A stretch of 64,000 nucleotides of DNA from Patescibacteria group bacterium (GTDB lineage Bacteria > Patescibacteriota > Microgenomatia > JAMCZE01): NCBI GenBank assembly GCA_023380635.1, contig JAMCRP010000001.1, forward strand, positions 109,305 through 173,304, read 5' to 3'. The notes below the pieces were generated by a model, which was given only the letters and a program-made list of their open reading frames with translations, was not told the origin of the DNA and ran no database searches. Below are positions 56,945 to 64,000 of this stretch, piece after piece. The position numbers and the translations under genes were made by a program. Every line of letters starts with the position of its first letter. The stretch's first letter is position 1.

Positions 56945-58282
56945 TTAAGGCAGAAACCCCTTAACGAAATTCCCCAATTTCGGCAGGAAATTCTTCAGGG
57001 GCAGGCTTTGCGCTATCCTACCAAACCCGCCGATATTTGGCAAGGACAGAGAGGGCAGTTTGTGAACACTATTAGTTCCCGTATCTTTTGCGCCGTAAAG
57101 AATCAGTCCGACAGCTGTAGAATACTGCGGGGAAACCAGTTCGTCAATCAGCCCCGTTAAAGCCGTTTCCCCATTACCGCCACCGTCAGCTGGCTTGCCA
57201 AACGGGGCACCTGTCCGACAGGGCATAGCCAGCCGCTGTCGGCAGCATTCCACAATCCCCACCGTTTCCGCACCACCCCCGGTAATTACCACTCCGGAGG
57301 GTGTCATTCCTGCAAAGCCGCTTTTTTGAATTTCCATTCCCACAAAGGTAAAAATCTCCAGCAAACGGGGCTTAATAATCCCATCAATCAGGGTTTTGCG
57401 CGAGATCTTCCTCACATCTTCAGGAAGACTCAGCGATTCCAAGTCCAGTTCGTCAGAAGATTTTGGGGTTTCCACTCCAAGTTTGGGTTTGTCCTTACGC
57501 GACAGGAATAACTTAATTTTCTCGGCGCTTTCCAGACTGACGCGAAGGCCCACGGCGATATCATTGGTCACATTACGCGCTCCCACAGGCAAAACACTGG
57601 AATAAGACAGCGCGCCGTCAACCCAAACAGCTACATCTGTCGTCCCGGCCCCAATGTCTACCAGCACGACTCCCAGTTCTTTTTCCGTGTCAGAAAGAAC
57701 CGCTTCGGAAGAAGCCAGACCGGAAAAAACCAGGCCTTCGATTTCCACGCCCACTTCATTAATACATTTCCCCAAATTACGGATAGCCGTTGTGGCTCCA
57801 GTAACAATTTGCGTGTCCACTTCCAACCGAACCCCAGTCATGCCCATTGGGTCTTTAACGCCACCTTGACCGTCAACCACAAAATCCCGCGGGATCACAT
57901 GAAGAATTTCCCGTGATGAAGGCATGGAAATTGCCTTGGCCGCCTCCACAACCCGCTCCACGTCCAAATTATTTATCTCACCTTCAGGCTGAGCCACGGC
58001 CACAACTCCCTTGCTATTCTGACTGGCAATATGACCTCCTCCTACCGAGACATGAGCCGATCCGATCGAAACTCCGGCCATCCGCTCCGCGGCATCCACA
58101 CTCTCGGAAATCGCGCTCACCGTTTCTTCAATATCCACAATCTGGCCCTTGCGCAGGCCCTTTGAATTAACCGTGGAAACACCAATAACGGAAAGTTTAT
58201 CTTCCTTTATGTTCGAGGCGATAATCGTCGTGATTTTTGAGGAACCGACATCAATTGCAGTAATAATTTTGTCTTTTGCCAT
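56945..58282 (-). CDS. ftsA: Cell division protein FtsA (actin-like ATPase)
   Basis: IDVGSSKITTIIA phosphate-1 motif; DIGAGTTDVAV phosphate-2; C-terminal amphipathic tail; 445 aa. Confidence 0.9.
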   Translation of the reverse strand: MAKDKIITAIDVGSSKITTIIASNIKEDKLSVIGVSTVNSKGLRKGQIVDIEETVSAISESVDAAERMAGVSIGSAHVSVGGGHIASQNSKGVVAVAQPEGEINNLDVERVVEAAKAISMPSSREILHVIPRDFVVDGQGGVKDPMGMTGVRLEVDTQIVTGATTAIRNLGKCINEVGVEIEGLVFSGLASSEAVLSDTEKELGVVLVDIGAGTTDVAVWVDGALSYSSVLPVGARNVTNDIAVGLRVSLESAEKIKLFLSRKDKPKLGVETPKSSDELDLESLSLPEDVRKISRKTLIDGIIKPRLLEIFTFVGMEIQKSGFAGMTPSGVVITGGGAETVGIVECCRQRLAMPCRTGAPFGKPADGGGNGETALTGLIDELVSPQYSTAVGLILYGAKDTGTNSVHKLPSLSLPNIGGFGRIAQSLPLKNFLPKLGNFVKGFLP

Positions 58283-58285
58283 GAT

Positions 58286-58675
58286 TTAATATCGCAAGAC
58301 TACCTTGTCAAACCTCAGGTCTATTTCTTTTACCTGTTTATCTTCCATTGTAAGCCGTGGTAAAACCAGTTGTAAAGACCGGACCTGAAGAGCCAGGTCC
58401 TTATCCAGAGAAAACAGAGCTAAAACTCCGCTGACCGTTGCCTCCATCGTGCCGTCAACAATAACAGGTGTGCCTGAAACAGTCAAATTGTTTTTCGTTA
58501 AAAGCGAAAGTAAATCGTAAGCGGTGGGCTCCTGGGAAATCGGACTCACGGCCGCCGGCGGATAAAAATAATTCCGAATCCTTTGCCTTTGCCAGAATGC
58601 AACCAACCCCACCAAAACAAGAACCACCACGGCAATTGAAATAATTCTTTTTACCAGAAGGCTATAGTTGCTCAT
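58286..58675 (-). CDS. Minimal FtsQ/DivIB-like protein (TM anchor + small beta domain, no POTRA)
   Basis: Position between ftsA and the murG side of the dcw cluster; single N-terminal TM helix; 129 aa. Confidence 0.4.
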   Translation of the reverse strand: MSNYSLLVKRIISIAVVVLVLVGLVAFWQRQRIRNYFYPPAAVSPISQEPTAYDLLSLLTKNNLTVSGTPVIVDGTMEATVSGVLALFSLDKDLALQVRSLQLVLPRLTMEDKQVKEIDLRFDKVVLRY

Positions 58676-59216
58676 CTAAAAAGCCCTCAAGCTCCTTCTT
58701 CAGTTCTTCAGCATTATTAAAAGTAATTCCTTGCATCCCCACACTTTCCGCCCCGCGGACATTCGATCCAAGATTATCAATAAAAACACACTCCTCAGGT
58801 GCGACTCCAAGTTTTTTGGCTGTCAGCAAGTATATCTCCGGATCCGGTTTTGCTAATCCAACATCAGCAGATATGACTATCGTATCAAACAAGGACATAT
58901 ACGCTTGCGATTTTGCCGCCTGGCCCCAAAAGGAAAAATTATTGCTCAGGCAACCGATTTTGTATTTTGGTTTCAGGCTTTTGATTAATTCAATAATCTG
59001 CGGGTCGGCTTTAGGATACTCAGCCAGGATAACTGCGTCTAGTTCTTTTCCTTTCCCCGGGCCGAAAGTCCGGTCAAGCTCCTCAATTAATTCTTCTTTC
59101 GTTGCCAAGCCCTTAGTAGCCTTGTCCTCGCAAGTGATTTTATGCCCGGCTACAAAAGGAGTGTATAAATCCGGAACAATTACTCCTCCGAAGTCGAAAA
59201 TAACAGCTTTAATCAT
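58662..59216 (-). CDS. HAD-superfamily hydrolase (subfamily IA-like) embedded in the dcw cluster
   Basis: Motif I VIFDFGGV, motif II SN, motif IV DN; 184 aa. Confidence 0.75.
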   Translation of the reverse strand: MIKAVIFDFGGVIVPDLYTPFVAGHKITCEDKATKGLATKEELIEELDRTFGPGKGKELDAVILAEYPKADPQIIELIKSLKPKYKIGCLSNNFSFWGQAAKSQAYMSLFDTIVISADVGLAKPDPEIYLLTAKKLGVAPEECVFIDNLGSNVRGAESVGMQGITFNNAEELKKELEGFLDEQL

Positions 59217-60250
59217 GTAAGTTTTTCAATTTCCTCAACAATTTTTTCTGCCGCGTCGGGATGGACGAGAGTCTTCCCTTTTTTGGCATTTTCCGAATAA
59301 ACAGAATAGTTTTTCTCAATTTTGTTGATAGTCTCTAAAAGGGTTTCTCCGGATAATTTTTCCTGGCGAATAATTTCCGCCATTCCCAAATTAGCCAAAG
59401 TCTCGGCATTTTTCTGTTGTTCTCCCCCGCTCGACCAGGGGATTGGGATTAGAATTGCAGGTTTACCTAAAAATGCTATTTCCTCAATCGTATTTGCCCC
59501 CGCCCGGGAAACTACAATTCTGGCGTCTGCCAAAGTTTGGGCCGATTCTTCTCCATTTAAAAACTTTTTAACGACATAATTTTTTAATTCTTTGGCTTTT
59601 TCAAAATCTTTGTACATTGAATCCCCTGTTTGGTGAATAACCTTGTACTTTTCAACCAACTCTTCAATTATTTCCGCGACAGCGGTGTTAATCACGTGCG
59701 CCCCTTGATTCCCGCCCGTAATATAAATCGTTCTTGACGCTTTATCCTTTACGCTTGACGCTTTCAAAACTTCTTCTCTAATCGGGTTGCCGGTATCCAA
59801 AACTTTAGCCCCGAATATTCTTATGATTCTGTTAGCCAGACCCACAGATTTAGTTTGCTCATGGGTAGCAATCGGGACATCCCAAAGCCACGCGGAAATG
59901 ACCACGGGCACGGCCACATAACCGCCGAAGGAAAGAACTACGGCCGGCTGGTACCGCAAAACCCAATAGAGAGATTGGATAAAACCGACGGGGATTTTCA
60001 AAAGCGATCTAATGGATTGACCGACATTAACGAAGAATTTTCTTTGCAGTCTCCCTGTGGTAATGCTTAAGTACCTTAAGTTTCTTAAGTTACTTAAGTT
60101 TCCTATCTCCTGATATTCCAGCGCCAACGCCTTGTCGTCTTCCATCGCATATTTCCGGCCGAGGTAAAAGATTTGCCAATCCTTTGGCATTTTCGCCATT
60201 ACCGCTTTTGCCGGAGCAAAATGCCCGCCGGTTATAAATATTTTCTTCAT
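59213..60250 (-). CDS. murG: UDP-GlcNAc:lipid I N-acetylglucosaminyltransferase MurG (GT28)
   Basis: ITGGHFAPA N-terminal Gly-rich loop; GGYVAVP; C-terminal GT-B motifs; 345 aa. Confidence 0.85.
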   Translation of the reverse strand: MKKIFITGGHFAPAKAVMAKMPKDWQIFYLGRKYAMEDDKALALEYQEIGNLSNLRNLRYLSITTGRLQRKFFVNVGQSIRSLLKIPVGFIQSLYWVLRYQPAVVLSFGGYVAVPVVISAWLWDVPIATHEQTKSVGLANRIIRIFGAKVLDTGNPIREEVLKASSVKDKASRTIYITGGNQGAHVINTAVAEIIEELVEKYKVIHQTGDSMYKDFEKAKELKNYVVKKFLNGEESAQTLADARIVVSRAGANTIEEIAFLGKPAILIPIPWSSGGEQQKNAETLANLGMAEIIRQEKLSGETLLETINKIEKNYSVYSENAKKGKTLVHPDAAEKIVEEIEKLT

Positions 60251-61368
60251 GATAGATTTTGTCGCCAGATATTACCTAGAATTCCAATCCCTATTAACTC
60301 TACCACCAAAGCCGACCCGCCGTAGGAAATGAAAGGCAGCGGCACGCCGGTCAGGGGAATTAAGGCCACAATTGATCCGAGATTAACCAGAGTTTGGACG
60401 GCCAACCAGGCAATGATCCCCAGACCCAAAAGCCGGCCGAAATTGTCCTCCACCTGAAGAGTCAGCCGCGTCGCCTGAAGAAAAAAAACGGCAAAAATCA
60501 AAATCAGGGCGACTGCTCCGATCAACCCCAATTCTTCGCCGATTATGGCAAAGATAGAGTCAGTAGTGGCCTCAGGAAGATAAGAATATTTTTGCCGGGA
60601 ATTGCCTAAACCCAAGCCAAATATTCCACCGCTGCCCAGGGCAATCAAAGCCTGACGAATATGATAGGAAGCACCCAGCGGGTCGGTATCCGGATTAAGG
60701 AAAGTTAGTAATCTTTTTACCCGGTAGGGCGATTTAATCGCCAGGCCAAGACCGCCGAGCATAATCAAAGGCAGCATAAATATCAAACCCAAAAGTTCAT
60801 TATCAGATAAAAAATATAAAATCATCGCGGTCAAAAACAGGACGATAGCTGTGCCCATATCGGGCTGGAGCATGATTAAGCCAACTAAAAAGCCGACCAG
60901 GAGAATAAAAGCCGGCAGCCTGCCTTTCTCTTTAGTCGTCAGCCAGGCAGAAAGGTAAATTATTAAAGACAATTTCGCCAGTTCTGACGGCTGCAAAACG
61001 GTAAAACCCAAATTAATCCAGCGTGAGGCTCCATTAGACCGGAGGCCTATGCCGGGAAGGAAAACGGCAACCATTAAAACCAAAGTGACCGCCAATGCCG
61101 GCAAAGCCAGTTTCTTAAGCTGCCGGTAGTCGAAAAAATAGGCAAAAACAGCGGCCATTATTCCAACCACGGCCCACTTAAGTTGCTCCTTCAAAAAAAA
61201 ATATTTATCGTTGAATGTTTGGGCGCCAGTGGCGGATGAGGCATCATAAACCACCAGAAGTCCGAAAAGCAGTAGAAAAACCACAACCAGAAGGATCTTT
61301 TGAAAACCTATTACTTGATGACCCCGAGCCATAAGCCAAAGATTGCAAAGAGGATGGCAATCAGCCAA
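60247..61368 (-). CDS. ftsW: SEDS-family cell division protein FtsW
   Basis: 10 TM helices; NPDTDPLGASYHIRQALIALGSGGIFGLGLG loop; dcw context between mraY and murG. Confidence 0.85.
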   Translation of the reverse strand: MADCHPLCNLWLMARGHQVIGFQKILLVVVFLLLFGLLVVYDASSATGAQTFNDKYFFLKEQLKWAVVGIMAAVFAYFFDYRQLKKLALPALAVTLVLMVAVFLPGIGLRSNGASRWINLGFTVLQPSELAKLSLIIYLSAWLTTKEKGRLPAFILLVGFLVGLIMLQPDMGTAIVLFLTAMILYFLSDNELLGLIFMLPLIMLGGLGLAIKSPYRVKRLLTFLNPDTDPLGASYHIRQALIALGSGGIFGLGLGNSRQKYSYLPEATTDSIFAIIGEELGLIGAVALILIFAVFFLQATRLTLQVEDNFGRLLGLGIIAWLAVQTLVNLGSIVALIPLTGVPLPFISYGGSALVVELIGIGILGNIWRQNLS

Positions 61369-62324
61369 AACCGGGTAACAACCTTAGGCTCTTCCCACCC
61401 CCGATACATAAACCATAAATGAAGAGGGGCGACGGCAAACAGCTTTTTGCCGGAGAAATGCTTGGAAAGCATCTGAAGAAGCGAGCTGCCGACTTCCAAA
61501 ACAAAAACGCCGCCGATGACGGCTAAGGCCAAGGCCTTACCGGTTAATAAACCCACGACTGCCAGTGTCGCGCCGAAAGCCAGCGCCCCTGTATCTCCCA
61601 GCTCCACCCGGGCCGGAAAGATATTAAAGTAGAGAAAGGCAATTAAAGCTCCGGCCCAGACGGCAATAAAAAGCGCTAAGGCCGGATGCAGCAACTCGTA
61701 AGACAAGACCAAAAAAGCCATTAGACAAATAAGGAGCACGCCGGTAGACAACCCGTCAAGTCCGTCGGTAATGTTATAGGCGTTGGCAAAAGCCACGACA
61801 ATAAATGCCGCCAGCGGTACAAACAAAACACCAATATTAAGCATCCCGAACCAGTGGATATTGAGAAAATCATAGCCCAAAACGGCCCAGAAATAGGTGC
61901 CGATGATAAGCCCAAGAATTACCTGAATAATCAGCTTGTGCCGCCAGCGCAGACCAAAGAAACCCGTCCGCTCTTTATTAAAATTCTTGCGGAAATCATC
62001 GTAGAAACCCAGAAGGGCAAAAGACAGCATCGAAAATAGCAGAATTGCCAGTTCGGAAATGTTGGCCCGAACCGCCAGCATGCCATAGGACCACAACGAA
62101 AGGACAGTGGTCATAACGACAATCAGAACTCCTGCTCCGATTGGACGCTGTTTTTTATATCCCAGAAGTTTCGCGGTAATAGAAGTGGCTTTATTCAGGG
62201 TATCAACTCTTTTGTTCTCGTCCGTTCGTTTAAAATGGATTTTATAAAGAAAATCGATGAAAGGAACCAAAAGGACGGCGGTGATAAAAAAAGACAATAA
62301 AAGCAAGCCTAAAAGTGGTCCCAT
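61311..62324 (-). CDS. mraY: Phospho-N-acetylmuramoyl-pentapeptide transferase MraY
   Basis: NAYNITDGLDGLSTG and DTGALAFGATLAV conserved motifs; 58-bp overlap with ftsW. Confidence 0.9.
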   Translation of the reverse strand: MGPLLGLLLLSFFITAVLLVPFIDFLYKIHFKRTDENKRVDTLNKATSITAKLLGYKKQRPIGAGVLIVVMTTVLSLWSYGMLAVRANISELAILLFSMLSFALLGFYDDFRKNFNKERTGFFGLRWRHKLIIQVILGLIIGTYFWAVLGYDFLNIHWFGMLNIGVLFVPLAAFIVVAFANAYNITDGLDGLSTGVLLICLMAFLVLSYELLHPALALFIAVWAGALIAFLYFNIFPARVELGDTGALAFGATLAVVGLLTGKALALAVIGGVFVLEVGSSLLQMLSKHFSGKKLFAVAPLHLWFMYRGWEEPKVVTRFWLIAILFAIFGLWLGVIK

Positions 62325-62326
62325 AG

Positions 62327-63718
62327 CTATTGTTCAACCGTAGCCGTAACTGCGGGCCGTTTGGTATATGCTACAACATCACCGGGGATAATTTCAATCG
62401 CAGCGCCCAGAGAAACCAGATTTTCCGCTAAATTTTCATAGCCCCGGGCCACCTGGTCATGAGTATCAATAATTACAGTTTTTCCGGATGCTACCAGCCC
62501 AGCTAAAATCATCGTCGCGCCCATGCGCACATCATTGGCTTCAACTTGTTTCCCGGCAAGTGGGGTGGGGCCGGTAATTTTTAGAGCGTGGAGATTTTCC
62601 GGCTTATCATCACCCAGATTAAAATTGTAAAAGTCCTCCGGGTTTAAAACCTGCGGGTTAAAAAGCTCCATTTTTGCTCCCATGGAAACTAAAAACGGCA
62701 CATAACCAAACCGGTTTTCGAAAATGGTTTCTGTGATTTCAGAGGTTCCCACAGCTTGAGTCATCAAAGTTGCCCAGACCGCTTGCCAATCCGTCATGAA
62801 GGCCGGATAAGGAGCGGCAGTAATATCCGCGGCACGCAGGGGTTTTTCCCAGCGGAAATTGATCCCCTCTTCCCGTGTTTCCCAGAGGCCGCCGATTTCT
62901 CTTACTTTCTCCAAAAAAGCCCCGAGAACTTTGTTATCCGCCCTTTCCACAAAAACTTCTCCTTTTGTCGCCAAGGCGGCGCAGGCAAAAGTAACTACAG
63001 TATTACGGTCGGTCATAACTTCGTGGGTAGCTCCGCGAAGATGCGCGACGCCGTCAATAACGATGGTCCGGGGCTCCGTCCGTTTGATTTTTGCCCCAGC
63101 CTGGTTTAAAAAAGTAATTAAATCATCCACTTCCGGTTCCGCCGCCGCATTTTCCAAGACTGTCCTGCCGGATGCTCTAACCGCCGCCAAAAGCAGTGTC
63201 TCCGTCCCGGTATGAGTGTTCTTGGGAAAACGAAAGTTTCCTCCCCTGAGTCCTTTCGCGGCGGTAATAATAAAAACTCCGTCTTTGAGCTTGACTGTAG
63301 CCCCTAACGCTTCCAAACCAGCAAGATGACGGTCAATCGGCCGGGCACCGATTTTGTCACCGCCGGGAATCGGCAAGACAGCCTTTTTAAACTTGGCCAG
63401 AAGCGGCCCAACGAAAATTGTTCCCGCCCGGGATTTGAGGCCACAGCTTTTAGGAGCATTAAACGAATCCAGACTCTTTGGATCAATTTCCATTGTCCGG
63501 TTACCCCGATCAGTTACTCTGCCGCCCAAACACCTGATTATTTCCGTGGTGTTTTCAATATCTCCGATATAGCTTAAGTTTTTAATTTCACTGGGGGAGT
63601 CACAAAGAAGAGCTGCAATCATCTCTTTAAAACCGGCATTTTTGGCTCCGTGAACCCTGACTTTTCCGTGAAGGTGTTTCCCGCCGGTTATGACATACTT
63701 CGTCATCGCAGCGAACAT
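62327..63718 (-). CDS. murA: UDP-N-acetylglucosamine 1-carboxyvinyltransferase MurA
   Basis: VITGGKHLHGKVRVHGAKNA N-terminus; EPSP-synthase-like fold; catalytic Cys context; 463 aa. Confidence 0.9.
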   Translation of the reverse strand: MFAAMTKYVITGGKHLHGKVRVHGAKNAGFKEMIAALLCDSPSEIKNLSYIGDIENTTEIIRCLGGRVTDRGNRTMEIDPKSLDSFNAPKSCGLKSRAGTIFVGPLLAKFKKAVLPIPGGDKIGARPIDRHLAGLEALGATVKLKDGVFIITAAKGLRGGNFRFPKNTHTGTETLLLAAVRASGRTVLENAAAEPEVDDLITFLNQAGAKIKRTEPRTIVIDGVAHLRGATHEVMTDRNTVVTFACAALATKGEVFVERADNKVLGAFLEKVREIGGLWETREEGINFRWEKPLRAADITAAPYPAFMTDWQAVWATLMTQAVGTSEITETIFENRFGYVPFLVSMGAKMELFNPQVLNPEDFYNFNLGDDKPENLHALKITGPTPLAGKQVEANDVRMGATMILAGLVASGKTVIIDTHDQVARGYENLAENLVSLGAAIEIIPGDVVAYTKRPAVTATVEQ

Positions 63719-63734
63719 AGTATAATGGAACTAA

Positions 63735-64000
63735 TGGCCAAAGTACAATCTGATGTCGATCTTCTGCCATACAACACTTTTAAAGTTTGCGTCAAAGCAA
63801 AATATTTTATGGAGATCAGCTCTCCACAGGATTTGAAGGATTTGCCTAAAGAAAAAACCTTAATCCTTGGCGGGGGATCAAATATCCTGCTAACAAAAGA
63901 TTTCGACGGCCTGGTCGTAAAAAATAATTTACTGGGCAAAACAGTCAACGGAGACACAATCGAAGTAGCCACCGGAGAAAAATGGCTGGAGTTTGTCCAA
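63735..64000 (+). CDS. murB: UDP-N-acetylenolpyruvoylglucosamine reductase MurB (5' part, continues beyond the window)
   Basis: N-terminal FAD-binding region LLPYNTFKV...ILGGGSNILL; ORF is open to the window end, so it is absent from the ORF track. Confidence 0.6.

Noticed and set aside
60247-63718. dcw cluster considered as novel
   Set aside because: murA-mraY-ftsW-murG-ftsQ-ftsA-ftsZ is a standard, if reduced, division and cell wall cluster; only the embedded HAD gene is noted separately.

Overview
This 64 kb window looks like the core chromosome of a small-genome bacterium with a Gram-positive-type envelope. Genes are densely packed, many overlap, and most are on the minus strand; a CPR/Patescibacteria-like or other reduced lineage is plausible, but the sequence alone cannot confirm this. 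The recognisable content is housekeeping: DNA repair (uvrB-uvrA divergent from lexA; polX, AlkD-like, yraN), glycolysis (gpmA/eno/ppsA plus a phosphohexomutase), translation (typA, obg, rplS, rplU, rpmA, ileS, gatCAB, rsmI), replication (dnaE, a compact holA-like gene), peptidoglycan synthesis and division (murT-gatD, murA, mraY, ftsW, murG, ftsQ-like, ftsA, ftsZ, rodA-like, partial murB, lepB), five tRNAs (Glu, Lys, Asp, Gly, Thr), and a seven-gene envelope glycosylation cluster (O-antigen-ligase-like, GT-C, YfhO-like, GT2 and GT4 genes) divergent from a large secreted BNR-propeller/lipase fusion protein. No CRISPR array, integrase, transposase or recognisable defence system was found. The features that stand out are a T-box riboswitch with an intrinsic terminator upstream of ileS, short tandem oligonucleotide repeats inside many conserved genes, two AT-rich blocks that look imported, a degenerate GGDEF protein coupled to gatCAB, an RNA methyltransferase inside the rplU-rpmA operon, a HAD hydrolase inside the dcw cluster, and several promoters placed for leaderless transcripts. 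All functional calls rest on motif recognition by eye and need database searches to confirm.
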